Part shown: positions 1-10,153 of the stretch, in pieces
Numbering within the stretch: position 1 is the stretch's first letter
How the letters are laid out: every line of letters starts with the position of its first letter
Origin: Phormidesmis sp.
Lineage (GTDB): Bacteria; Cyanobacteriota; Cyanobacteriia; Leptolyngbyales; Leptolyngbyaceae
Assembly (NCBI GenBank): GCA_965248535.1
Contig: CBDFJR010000002.1
Span: 640,001-704,000, forward strand
DNA: 64,000 nt
Direction: 5' to 3'
The notes under the pieces: generated by a model
Seen by the model: the letters and a program-made list of their open reading frames with translations, nothing else
Databases searched by the model: none
What the model was told of the DNA's origin: nothing
Made by a program: the position numbers and the translations under genes

Positions 1-1
1 C

Positions 2-262
2 GGCGGCTACACAACTAATATCTCAATGGATGACTTTTTGAGAGCAGAGAATTTTTTTGCTCACACCCTTTTTGGCGAACCCCTGCCCGCAGAACATGGC
101 GGGCCGATGAGGTCTGTGGTGCCTCACATCTATGCCTGGAAGAGCGCTAAGTGGATTAATGGGCTAGAGTTTCTCTCCCATGAAGAACTCGGCTTTTGGG
201 AGCGCAACGGCTATCACCACCGAGGAGAGCCTTGGGCAGAAGAACGCTACAGCGATCGCTAA
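2..262 (+). CDS. Sulfite oxidase-like molybdopterin oxidoreductase, C-terminal part (truncated by window edge)
   Basis: Frame is open from the window start (GGYTTNISM...). Motifs HGGPMRSVVPHIYAWKSAKW and GFWERNGYH are typical of the family. Confidence 0.85.
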   Translation, partial: GGYTTNISMDDFLRAENFFAHTLFGEPLPAEHGGPMRSVVPHIYAWKSAKWINGLEFLSHEELGFWERNGYHHRGEPWAEERYSDR

Positions 263-355
263 AGACTGTGGATGTGTGAAAGTCTTCTGATTTGTCGTTG
301 CCGAGACGTTTGCCACTTTTCCCAAGTTTGGAGAAGGGAAACCAGACTGTTTCTT

Positions 356-457
356 CCCTCTCCCAGCTTGGGAGGGGTGAGGGCGAGACCCCTGACAACG
401 GTCGAAGTGATTCAATGACTTACACAAGTAAAGGGCCCAGCAATGCCGCGCCCTTAC
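356..457. repeat. Short palindromic intergenic repeats (REP-like)
   Basis: CCCTCTCCCA-GCT-TGGGAGGGG at 356-377 and GTAAAGGGC...GCCCTTAC at 428-457, between convergent genes. Confidence 0.55.
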
Positions 458-477
458 AAAAGTTCTAGGTCGCGGGT

Positions 478-1614
478 TTAACCGTCTTTGGGGCCGTTAG
501 TCTGACCAACAGGTAAGCGGATTGTGAAGCAACTGCCTTTGCCCACCTCTGACTGCACGCTGACGGTGCCGTTGTGGGCTTCTGCGATGCGACGAGACAG
601 TTGCAGCCCTAGCCCACTGCCCGATCGCTTGTGCTTGCCGCTAGAAAAGCTCTCAAACAGCGTCGATTGCTCTTCTAAGGGAATGCCCGAACCCGTATCT
701 TGAATGTTGACTTCAACTTGAGCCTTATCAGAGTTGTCACCTAGTTGAGCGATCTGAATGCTCACCGAGCCTTCATCGGTGAATTTAATGGCGTTGCCAA
801 TCAAATTTGTGAAAACTCGATGTAGCTCCATGCGATCGCCCTTGATCTTAAAATCAACGGACTGATCCGGGTGAAAATCAAGCGCTAGCCCTTTATCGAT
901 CGCTAGCGAGGCCAGCTCTTCAATAACTTCATTCAGCATATCTGCGAGGCTAACGGGTGAAAAAACGAGCGACTTGCGCCCGGCCTCATAGCGATAGACC
1001 TCTAGCAGCATGTTGACCATTGTCAAAAGGTTTTGGTTGCTGCGAACCATGGTGGCCATAATTTCGAGCACATCGTCTGACAACTCGCCCATGGCACCTT
1101 GAATCAGCAGGTTGAGCATCCGATCGGCGGCGACTAGAGGCGTTCGCAAGTCGTGGGTTAGCCGAGACACAAAATCTTCTCGCTGCCGAGCAATTTGGTC
1201 GCGTTCATCAACACTGTGTTTAAGTCTTAGCAAGGCTCGCACTCGCGCCAGCAACTCGTCAAAGTGAACGGGTTTGCGAATGAAATCGTCTGCACCCAGA
1301 TCCAAGCCCACGGCGACACTAGGCTGGTCATAAGCAGTGGTCAACAGGATTGGGATAAACGGCAACGCGGTGTTTTGACGGATGCGCCGGGTCACCTCAT
1401 AGCCATCCATGCCTGGCATCATCACATCTAGCAAAATCAGGTCGGGCGGCGATCGGTCAATTTTGGTTAACGCATCTTTACCACTCTCAGAAAGCTCAAC
1501 GTCATAGCCTTCGTCTTGCAAAATTGCTTGAATGAGCAAGCAATTGTCAGGGGTGTCGTCTACCACTAAGATGCGATCGACTCTAGCGGGTTTTAAGAAA
1601 GACGAATGGTTCAT
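478..1614 (-). CDS. Hybrid response regulator / histidine kinase (REC-HisKA-HATPase)
   Basis: ILVVDD, LLDVMMPGMDG, HDLRTPL H-box, NLIGNAIKFT, DTGSGI, GSGLGL. Confidence 0.92.
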   Translation of the reverse strand: MNHSSFLKPARVDRILVVDDTPDNCLLIQAILQDEGYDVELSESGKDALTKIDRSPPDLILLDVMMPGMDGYEVTRRIRQNTALPFIPILLTTAYDQPSVAVGLDLGADDFIRKPVHFDELLARVRALLRLKHSVDERDQIARQREDFVSRLTHDLRTPLVAADRMLNLLIQGAMGELSDDVLEIMATMVRSNQNLLTMVNMLLEVYRYEAGRKSLVFSPVSLADMLNEVIEELASLAIDKGLALDFHPDQSVDFKIKGDRMELHRVFTNLIGNAIKFTDEGSVSIQIAQLGDNSDKAQVEVNIQDTGSGIPLEEQSTLFESFSSGKHKRSGSGLGLQLSRRIAEAHNGTVSVQSEVGKGSCFTIRLPVGQTNGPKDG

Positions 1615-1693
1615 GCAGGTCAGGCAAAGGCGCAGGCAGTTATGCGGATGTCGTGTCCATTTAACCTTAACTTGTGATTAATTTCTCTCATTC

Positions 1694-2215
1694 CTACGGA
1701 ATATTTTTGGTAGAGGCTTGAATATAGGCGATCGCAGCAGGGGTGATTTGAGCAATCATGAGCGCGATCGTGCTCCGCTCTCTATCTGTCCAGATTCTCG
1801 GCTGTCCAAAAATGCAGGGCTGCAAAACGCCCCAAAGTTGACCATTGTGAACCAAGTGACCGTGAATCAGAGCGCGATGCCCAAAGTTTTCTTGTTCAAA
1901 CTGTCGGTTTAAGATCTGCGGGTCGGCGGTTTCAACATCTTCAACAAAGATCGAAGGAGCGGCTTGCAACGCGGCGGCAAACATCGGGTCTTGGCTAGCT
2001 AGCGATGGGGGTTCGGGTTTCCAGTGCTGATCGTAGATGATGGGCGTGTCTGAACTGCGAACCCAGCAAAAAGGCACTCTGCCCAACTGGGTTTGAGGGT
2101 GACGCAGATAAAGGAAACAGCGATCGCACTGCAATGACTCTCCTAAGTCGGCAACGAGTTGATTAAAAAAGCCATCCAGATCTTGAGAAAAAGTCTGGAG
2201 TTGGGCACTATTCAC
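1694..2215 (-). CDS. Stand-alone GAF-domain protein
   Basis: LQCDRCFLY, FVEDVET, LWGVL..PRIWT pattern. The likely GTG start at 2215 overlaps the upstream TGA (GTGA). Confidence 0.8.
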   Translation of the reverse strand: MNSAQLQTFSQDLDGFFNQLVADLGESLQCDRCFLYLRHPQTQLGRVPFCWVRSSDTPIIYDQHWKPEPPSLASQDPMFAAALQAAPSIFVEDVETADPQILNRQFEQENFGHRALIHGHLVHNGQLWGVLQPCIFGQPRIWTDRERSTIALMIAQITPAAIAYIQASTKNIP

Positions 2216-2946
2216 GCGTTCCCCTTGGCAAAGTTCCACTCTAAAAGGCTGCGAGGCGCGTTTTTGAGAGCCGCCGTCAGACTAGCGTTATCGTCAAATT
2301 TGGCTTGAGATAGATGCGACACTTCGACATTGACGATGAAGTGAGGGTTTTCAAAACACCACGGCTCGACGGTGACTGATTGGTCACTCAATTGGCGAAT
2401 GTCATAGCGCTTGCCGTCAGGGCCTTTGCTGATTTCTAGCGCCCGTTGATCGTCAGGAATCTGCTGCTGACAGAGAATGAGGGAGAGACGATCGCACCAC
2501 TGCATGAAGTCATAGGCACTCTGAGTGTCGTCTTTAGAGATGCCGAGTTCTTTGCGCCAGCGCTTCTGATTTTCTAATTGTTCGTCTAAAAAAGCATCTG
2601 CTTCTTTTGAGTTGCCTCGGTTGCTTTCACCCAATCGGCTTTGGTGCATTGAGTTCATCAAGGCGACCCAGCGCCCGCGATAGAGGGCCCCTTCTAGATG
2701 GTTGCGTAGCTGCTGATAGTCGGTGCCTTCAGTCATGGTGAAGTCCATAGGGGCACCTGTGTCAGTCAGGTTGTTGGCTTCCCACTCTTTTTCGAGGTCG
2801 TCGTGGTGAGAGATGGCCGCGATCGTTTCATATAAGCGAGGCGGAGCGTCTTTTTTGCGCCATTGTCCGGCGAGTTGAGCCGCGAGTAAGGCATGGGCGC
2901 GATGGTAAATCACGTCCCACCCGTCTTTTGCAGGGTTGACAATCAC
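2212..2946 (-). CDS. DUF3891-family protein
   Basis: MIVN..GW.VI...HALLAAQLA.W, ISHHDD, WCDRLSLILC, VEPWCF; recognised by recall. Confidence 0.75.
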   Translation of the reverse strand: MIVNPAKDGWDVIYHRAHALLAAQLAGQWRKKDAPPRLYETIAAISHHDDLEKEWEANNLTDTGAPMDFTMTEGTDYQQLRNHLEGALYRGRWVALMNSMHQSRLGESNRGNSKEADAFLDEQLENQKRWRKELGISKDDTQSAYDFMQWCDRLSLILCQQQIPDDQRALEISKGPDGKRYDIRQLSDQSVTVEPWCFENPHFIVNVEVSHLSQAKFDDNASLTAALKNAPRSLLEWNFAKGNA

Positions 2947-3019
2947 GTTGGTATTGCTATGTATTAACTAGTATGGACAGCATAGCCTTGACGCTGAGAC
3001 TAATAAATCTGTCCTATGT

Positions 3020-3054
3020 GTGAATTCTTGGGCGTGAATTCCTGGGCGTGAATT
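3020..3054. repeat. 14-bp tandem repeat, 2.5 copies
   Basis: GTGAATTCTTGGGC GTGAATTCCTGGGC GTGAATT. Confidence 0.8.
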
Positions 3055-3332
3055 AGTAGCTATGTCTGCTATCCGTGATCAGTTAACCGCTGTGAGTTGA
3101 CCGTTTGCGATCGGGTTATGAAACCATTTTTAGCGCTATTTTCTAGTCTGGCGTTTAGTTCTTGGTTTCCAAGATTTCCCTCACGCAACAGCGCAAAGGG
3201 GATAATATAGGCTGAGTCTCGACCAGAACCATCTTGACGTGTAGGCGCAAGACTTCTAGCAGACTTTCTGTTTGAGGTTGATGGTGATTGTGCATTGCCC
3301 AATTCTCACAACTCAGGTGTTTTGGAGAGTCG

Positions 3333-4736
3333 ATGTCCGGGTACATCTTAATATTTGCGGTGCTAATTTTAGGAGGCGTGATCGCGACGGTTGGCGATCG
3401 CATTGGCACCCGCGTGGGCAAAGCCCGTCTCAGTTTATTTAACCTGCGTCCGCGCCGCACGGCGGTCTTAGTCACCATTCTTACCGGAACGCTGATTTCT
3501 GCTTCGACCTTGGGCATCTTGCTGGCCACTAGTGAACAGCTTAGAATCGGCATTTTGCAACTGGGGCAGCTTCAAAAAAAAATCGCAGGCATTCGAGAAG
3601 CGCTTAACAAAACCACTCAAGAATTAAAAAACACAACCCAACAAAAGGGTCAGGTTGAAACCGAACTGAGCAAAACCAAGTCAGAACAGGCAAGAGTTGA
3701 AACTCAGCTAGGTCGCATCAATCAAAACTTAAAGCAGGCAACCGAGCGACAGGCCAGAACCGATGCTCAACTGCAACTGGCCGAAGCGCAACGCGATCGC
3801 GTGCGTCTGCAACTAGGCACCGTCTCTCAACAGGCTACTCGCCTTCGCACAGAGATCACCCAACTGCAATCAGAGCGCCAGGTTTTGATCACCGAGCGCA
3901 ACCAAGTGCAAGCGCAAATCGCTCAACGCGATGCAGAAATCGCCAAACGCACGCAGTTAATCGAGCAGCGTGACCTTGACATCGCCAACCGCGACACGGT
4001 GATTGCCCAACGAGAACAGCGACTTAAAGAGCTTGAAGAGCAGCGAGCTTTTTTAGCCCAAGAAGTGCAGCGATCGGATGAAGAAGCCCGACTCGTGCGT
4101 CTAGGCGTTCTTGGCGTTGAGCGCAATCAGGTGTTAGCCTCTGCGGTCGTGAGAATTGTTAACCCTCAGTTGGCCAGCCAAGCGGTCGATCAACTCTTGC
4201 GAGAAGCCAATCGTGTCGCGCTGCAGCGAGTGCAGCCGATCGGGGCAAAGCCTACTGACCAAATTGTGCAAATCACAACTCCTGAGGTCAAACAGCTAAC
4301 GGAGCAGATCGACGATGGTCAAGATTATGTCGTGCGAATTTTGGCCGCCGCCAACTATGTCAAGGGTGAAAGAACCCCGATCGCTATCTTTGCCGATGCA
4401 GTCCGCAATCAGGTGCTATTTCTAGCCGGAGACGTGATCGCCGCAAAGTCGATCGAGCCTGCAAAACTCTCTGGCACCGAGCTAAATCAAAGCATCAGCC
4501 AATTGATCGATGCCTCTAGATTTCGGGCCCGGCGCGCTGGGGTGCTGTCAGATGCGGTGCAGGTGCAGGGGGTGCAGGCGTTGCAGTCTTGGACAAGCTT
4601 TGCCGAAAAGCTGGGGCAGTTTCAGTCTTCGGTCGAAGTTAGGGTGGTGGCCTCAGAGGTCACTTACACCGTTGGGCCGCTCAAAATCGAGCTAGTGGCG
4701 GTGCAGAATGGCCAAGTCGTGTTGAGAACGTCTTAA
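3333..4736 (+). CDS. DUF3084-domain membrane-anchored coiled-coil protein
   Basis: LILGGVIATVGDRIGTRVGKARLSLFNLRPRRTA N-terminus followed by a long coiled coil. ATG at 3333. Confidence 0.85.
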   Translation: MSGYILIFAVLILGGVIATVGDRIGTRVGKARLSLFNLRPRRTAVLVTILTGTLISASTLGILLATSEQLRIGILQLGQLQKKIAGIREALNKTTQELKNTTQQKGQVETELSKTKSEQARVETQLGRINQNLKQATERQARTDAQLQLAEAQRDRVRLQLGTVSQQATRLRTEITQLQSERQVLITERNQVQAQIAQRDAEIAKRTQLIEQRDLDIANRDTVIAQREQRLKELEEQRAFLAQEVQRSDEEARLVRLGVLGVERNQVLASAVVRIVNPQLASQAVDQLLREANRVALQRVQPIGAKPTDQIVQITTPEVKQLTEQIDDGQDYVVRILAAANYVKGERTPIAIFADAVRNQVLFLAGDVIAAKSIEPAKLSGTELNQSISQLIDASRFRARRAGVLSDAVQVQGVQALQSWTSFAEKLGQFQSSVEVRVVASEVTYTVGPLKIELVAVQNGQVVLRTS

Positions 4737-4773
4737 AGGGTGAGAATGATAGGGTGGGCCAAACGCACGGGAG

Positions 4774-5217
4774 ATGAGATCGATGATTGCAGATGCCACC
4801 TTTCGTGATCAGCCAGTGATTTTAGGATTTGATCCGGGGAGTCACAAGTGTGGATTGGCGGTGATGGGGGTCGATCGACGGTTATATTATCACCAGGTTG
4901 TGACCGCAGAGGCGACGATCGCGACCATTCAAACCCTGCGTCAGCAGTTTCCCGTCTCGCTGCTGGTGATGGGTGATCAAACGGCCTCTAAATTTTGGAA
5001 GCAATCGCTAGAAAAATCCCTGGCTGACCCGCTGCGGGTGATCACCGTTGATGAACGACACAGCAGCTTAGAGGCCCGCGATCGCTATTGGCAAATGTAT
5101 CCACCCAAAGGGTTGACGCGCCTGATCCCCCAAGGCATGAGAACGCCGCCGAGAGCGATCGATGACATCGTGGCTATCTTGCTAATCGAACGGTATTTAG
5201 AACGATTAGTCAGCTAG
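4774..5217 (+). CDS. yqgF: YqgF/RuvX-family RNase H-fold nuclease
   Basis: ILGFDPG, VDERHSS, IDDIVAILL motifs. Confidence 0.8.
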   Translation: MRSMIADATFRDQPVILGFDPGSHKCGLAVMGVDRRLYYHQVVTAEATIATIQTLRQQFPVSLLVMGDQTASKFWKQSLEKSLADPLRVITVDERHSSLEARDRYWQMYPPKGLTRLIPQGMRTPPRAIDDIVAILLIERYLERLVS

Positions 5218-5231
5218 AAGATTCTAGGAGA

Positions 5232-5492
5232 TTAAAGCTCTGCTCGAATCGTGAAGGAATAATCTCCCCCTGGCTCTAGCTGATAGTCTCGCTGTTCTAA
5301 AAACCGTCCCAGTGGCTCTTTGATCAAAGCCCGACCTAGCGACGGCTCAACGCACAGTTCCCCTTGGCGAAACTGCCAGTGAAAATGCCACTCAAATTGA
5401 TTGGCGATTACATCGCCTTCAATGCTGCCCTGCTGCCAGGACTGGCGAGTAATGCGAACGTGGGCAGTCGTTTCGGGAAGACGTTTTGACAC
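5232..5492 (-). CDS. DUF3146-family protein
   Basis: LPETTAHVRI...PSLGRALIKEPLGRFLE..DYQLEPGGDY. The start is uncertain (GTG 5492 or 5519). Confidence 0.75.
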   Translation of the reverse strand: MSKRLPETTAHVRITRQSWQQGSIEGDVIANQFEWHFHWQFRQGELCVEPSLGRALIKEPLGRFLEQRDYQLEPGGDYSFTIRAEL

Positions 5493-5496
5493 AATA

Positions 5497-6126
5497 TCAG
5501 GCGGTTTGTTGCTCGACACTACGATTGTTGTAAAGACTCATTGCCTTTTCAACCCCTTGCTTAAGACTGAGTTCGATCGCTCCCACCGTCAAGTCAAGCA
5601 CCTCTGGAATTAATTTTGCTTCGGCGCTAGAAAAGCTGCCCAACACATGAGAAACGGCATCTTTGTCTCCCGGAGCGGCTTTGGGGCTGCCAATGCCAAT
5701 TCTCAACCGAGGAAAATCTTGGGTGCCGAGGTGCGCGATCGCCGATTTCATGCCATTTTGTCCGCCTGCTGACCCCGATAATCGCAGCCGAATTTTGCCC
5801 AAAGGCAAATCCATATCGTCGTAGACCACGAGAACTGATTCGGGAGCCAGCTTGTACCAATTGACGACCGCACGAATCGACTGCCCAGAATTGTTCATAA
5901 AGGTCAACGGCTTGAGCAATCTGATTTTGTTGCCCCCATAGGTGCCCTCGCCAGCGATGCCTTGAAACTTGCGATTTTCGGATAGAGAGATTTGCCAAAG
6001 TTTGGCTAGCTTCTCGATCGCCATAAACCCGACATTGTGACGAGTCTTCTCATAATTGCTGCCGGGGTTGCCCAGCCCCACAATTAACTGAGGAATCACT
6101 AATTTAGGCGGCGTTGCTTCACTCAT
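5497..6126 (-). CDS. pth: Peptidyl-tRNA hydrolase
   Basis: LIVGLGNPG, TRHNVGF, KPLTFMNNSG, GSAGGQNG, RLRIGIG. Confidence 0.96.
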   Translation of the reverse strand: MSEATPPKLVIPQLIVGLGNPGSNYEKTRHNVGFMAIEKLAKLWQISLSENRKFQGIAGEGTYGGNKIRLLKPLTFMNNSGQSIRAVVNWYKLAPESVLVVYDDMDLPLGKIRLRLSGSAGGQNGMKSAIAHLGTQDFPRLRIGIGSPKAAPGDKDAVSHVLGSFSSAEAKLIPEVLDLTVGAIELSLKQGVEKAMSLYNNRSVEQQTA

Positions 6127-6134
6127 GATCCAGT

Positions 6135-6425
6135 TCAGGCTTCTTTTTCGAGGGCTTCGGCAGATTGAGCGATCTCATCATCGGCGGGAGCTAGGGTTGG
6201 CTGAGATGGCTCTAGCGTCGCTTCCATGGGCGGGCTGGGCGTTTTTGCAATCTGTTCTGCTTCTCGCTTAAATTCGGCTTCAAACTCCTTGGAGGCATCT
6301 TGAAAGCTGCGAATTCCTTTTCCTAAGCTGCGCCCAATTTCTGGCAGCTTTTTGGGGCCAAACACTAGGAGAGCCACCACCATGATCACAACCATTTCTG
6401 GTAAACCGATGCCAAAAAAGTTCAT
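6135..6425 (-). CDS. tatA: Twin-arginine translocase subunit TatA/E
   Basis: MNFFGIGLPEM...LLVFGPKKLPEIGRSLGK. ATG at 6425; follows psbH. Confidence 0.93.
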   Translation of the reverse strand: MNFFGIGLPEMVVIMVVALLVFGPKKLPEIGRSLGKGIRSFQDASKEFEAEFKREAEQIAKTPSPPMEATLEPSQPTLAPADDEIAQSAEALEKEA

Positions 6426-6548
6426 TCGCCTGTCCCGCAACGCTCTCACTATTGTAGAGAGTAGGGGCAGTCGTATGTCGTGCCCCCACAAAAAATCCCG
6501 GATGAACCGGGAAATTAAATGCACTAGTTAACGTTTGAACGGCTGAAA

Positions 6549-6752
6549 TCAGTTGCCCAAGCTTCTCCAATCGACCGAGAACCCATCCAAGATCAGGGAA
6601 GAGTTGTAGATTTGCAGAATGATCAGCAAGAAAACCAAAAACAGCGCCATGAACACTGCCATAACGGGAGTTGTGCCCCAACCGGGGACGACTTTACCAT
6701 ATTCAGAGTTCAAAGGTCTTAAAACATCACCTAACCGCGTCCGCTGTGCCAT
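6549..6752 (-). CDS. psbH: Photosystem II protein PsbH
   Basis: [21 protein letters not shown]...QIYNSS. Confidence 0.97.
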   Translation of the reverse strand: MAQRTRLGDVLRPLNSEYGKVVPGWGTTPVMAVFMALFLVFLLIILQIYNSSLILDGFSVDWRSLGN

Positions 6753-6835
6753 AGCCCACCTTATGATAATCTCGACAAAAGTTGTAAATACTTCGTAATA
6801 TTATAGGGGAACGACCTCATCATTTAAAAACTCAA

Positions 6836-6967
6836 ATGGAACCTGCAATAGCTCTTAACATTTCTATCTTGGCGACGATCGTCGGCTTGACTGGATACGC
6901 GGTCTACACAGCGTTTGGCCCGCCCGCCAAGGAATTGGATGACCCGTTTGAGGATCATGAAGACTAA
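6836..6967 (+). CDS. psbN: Photosystem II assembly protein PsbN (43 aa, not in ORF track)
   Basis: Hand translation: [43 protein letters not shown]. Divergent from psbH. Confidence 0.96.
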   Translation: MEPAIALNISILATIVGLTGYAVYTAFGPPAKELDDPFEDHED

Positions 6968-6998
6968 TCAATCTGCGTGAATCTTCGTCAATGGCTTC

Positions 6999-9900
6999 TC
7001 AGATTCTTTGGGAGATTGAGAAGCTTTTGATTTGCCAGGGTTTGATCACGTTTGGGTCAGAACTGCTCTCCTGAAATCGTTCTAACAGGTCGATCGTGTG
7101 GTCAATTTTCAGATTCAGATCGCTCTTGAGGTTGAGATTTGCGGAGTCGCCGTGACACTCATAGCAGCGCAGGACAAACTTCTCCGGGTCATCTTCAGAT
7201 TGCTTAAAAGCAGTCAAAATGAGATTTTCTGAGCGCAAGTCTAAAAACGATCCGACGGGTGACAGTGAGCCTTGAAAATCTGCGTGGTCGAGGGTTACTA
7301 CTTGCAGCGGCTGATTTAGCTCACCGCTCTGACGCACCGTTTGCGCCGATCGCCAGTCGTGAGCGTGAGGATAAAGGGCATAGGTGAAAGTGTGAAGGCC
7401 CCGATCGGCTTCCGGGTCAGGAAACTCAGATCCCCGCAGCAAGGTGAGCCGAATTTGATTTTGCTGACAGTCATAGCCATGTTTGCAGTCACTCAAAAGG
7501 CTAACGCCGTAGTCAGCGCTGCTGAGATCTGCCCAGCCAAGGGCCGGAACTTCCCATTGAGCTTGCTGGCGTGGGCTGCGTTCTGCGATCGGTTTAGTGG
7601 TTCGCTGAATGGCACCACAGGGCATTTCATAGGTGGCAAAATCAGCGTTGATGGTGAGCGGAAATGCAGCTTTAACGATCACATGACGGTCTTGCCAATC
7701 GATTATGTTTTTGATTTTTAGCACCGATGAATCTTGTTCAAGCAAGTAAGTTTGAATAAACGTAGAGTCACCAATTTTGCGAGTTACTCTGATTTGATGC
7801 GCTGAGAGATCAACTTCAATGTTTAAGCATTCAACAGGCAGCAAAGGCTGTTTTGCATACTCCGGGTCGATGTTCCAAGCATCCCAATATTGACCTGCAT
7901 CGCGAAAGGCTTGAAGTTGATTTCCAGGTGCGCTTAAAACGTGTCGCTGATTAACTTTGTCGAAAATGCTCGATAGATCGCCTGTTTGAGGATCGATCAC
8001 AACGTTGAGAAATCGATTCTCTAATTCGAGGGAGTCTGTAAGTTTTTCACGCGCCTCATCGTCAGGAATGATCCAAAAAGCTCGATACCCGATCGCTGGA
8101 ATGTTCACTTCTTGAAAGCCGTCAATTTTCCATCCAATTAGTGACTCAGATTTGCTAAAAGAACGCTCCCAGTTTGACGGATTAAAAACTACGATCGCTT
8201 GAGCATTCGAGCTAGATCTTGGTGGCAATAAAATATGTTGAGAAATTTCTTTTAACGACGTTTGAATAATGTCTAGACAGATACGATCGCTCTCCTGCCA
8301 GTCTTGGTTAGCTTCAACAAACACCTGAGTAGATTGAAGAACCTGGAAGAATGTCGTGAAATTGATTAAACAGAACTTTTTTCCACGCTGTTTCTAGAGA
8401 TTTTTGAGGATAAGAAGTTCCAGTTATCATTGTGGCTAGTGATGCAAATAGTTCTGCTTGATAGAGGTTTTTCTCAGCATTGCGATTTTGTTGTTTTTGA
8501 TCAGCGTGAGTGGTGTAACACCCTCGATGGAATTCTAAATAAAGTTCATCTTCCCAGATTGAAAGGGAGTCAGTGATCAAGGAATCAAAATATTCGATCG
8601 TGCTCGTAAATTCCAAATTTGGGAAAAATGGCGAGGTCTGCCAGCGTCGAGCAATCTCTAACATATCGCGAGTCGGGCCACCCCCATGATCACCCACACC
8701 CGGCAGCCAAAGCGGATTTAGCTGATCCGTTTTAGTCGTCCAATCCCAAGTGTAAGCCGCCATTTTAATCGGATCGATGCCCTCCCCGATCGGAGCCGAC
8801 ATCACACTAGAGATCTGAGTGCCATCGGGCGATCGCCACTCAAAAACCTCATAAGGAAACACCGTCGTATCGTTCCAGCGCAACTTTTGAGTCACAAAAT
8901 AATCAATGCCTCCTTGTTTAAGCAGTTGCGGCAATTGCCAACAAAACCCAAAACTATCGGGCAACCAGGCGACTCGATTAATATCACCAAATTTCTCTTG
9001 ACAATAGCGTTGACCATAGAGAATTTGACGGGCGATCGATTCTCCACTAATTAAATTTAGCTCCGGTTCGATCCACAGTCCCCCAATGACTTCCCATTGC
9101 CCGATCTGCACATGCTGCTGAATTTGAGCAAACAGTTCAGGACGGTTTTTCTCTACCCATTCATAAAGAGCAGGGGTCGAGTGACAAAATGTTAATTCAG
9201 GAAAGTCTTTTTGCAGCGCAAGCACCGAATTGAACGTTCGTTCAGCCGCTTTCCAAGTTTCATCAACTGTCCATAGCCACGCCATATCTAAGTGAGCATG
9301 ACCGACTAGATAAATCGTGTGTTGCTTGAGATTTGCACTGAAAACCATCAGCCGATCTCTAAGTCTTTGCAAAGACTGATCAAACAGAGCCTGTTGACCG
9401 ATTGATCCCCAATTAATTGTCTGGATCGCTTCAGCAAGGCTCCCTAATTTTTCTGGTTTGAATGCTTCTAAATAACTTTTTAGTACGGTTAATTCATCAG
9501 CTACAAAACCCGGATCGATCGCATCATAACCTGACTCGTAGATGAGACGCGATCGTACCAACGCTCCATCATCATGCCCCGGACTGATTAATCGAATGGT
9601 TACCGTAATCACGTCACCCAACTTCACAGATGGGCTGAGAATAATTCTGGCTGAATGGTCAAATAAATCGCCTTCTTGAACTTTTTGACCATTGATATAA
9701 ATCTCAGCCAATTCTGCCCACCACGTCAACGCTAACCGCAGCGTTAAACCGTTGGTTGAATAGCCGTTTAAACTTTCTGTTAAAACAAATTGTTGATAAA
9801 ACCATGCCACCTTACCTCCCTTTGTCCACGCAATATGCGCCTTGCTGTTGAGGGGACAAAGGGGCTGTGACGGCCACTCTAATGCAGGGCTTTGGGGCAG

Positions 9901-10032
9901 ATCACCGGAGTGCGATCGCCAGCCAGTTTGCACATCAAGTTGGGTGAGATGACGCAATCGGTCAATGACCTGTGAAACCTGTTGGCGATTAGTTTCAGCA
10001 GTCTGATCAAAAGAGTTTGCCGAATTCAGCAT
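6999..10032 (-). pseudogene. GH38 alpha-mannosidase, split by a +1 frameshift near 8331 (real or sequencing error)
   Basis: GHAHLDMAWLW, WLPDSFG, GDHGGGP, ELYLEFHRG, NQFHDILPGSS. Removing one base joins ...GSSI-TQVFVEAN into a single ORF. Confidence 0.85.
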
Positions 10033-10153
10033 CTTGATAGCATTAGAGGTGCGAACAGCATAGACTAAACAGTGACAGACTTTCAGCGACAACCTGCCAG
10101 CAGCCCAAAGTCTGAAACCGCCACGCAGCCGTTCAAATCGCCCCTCTGAGTCT

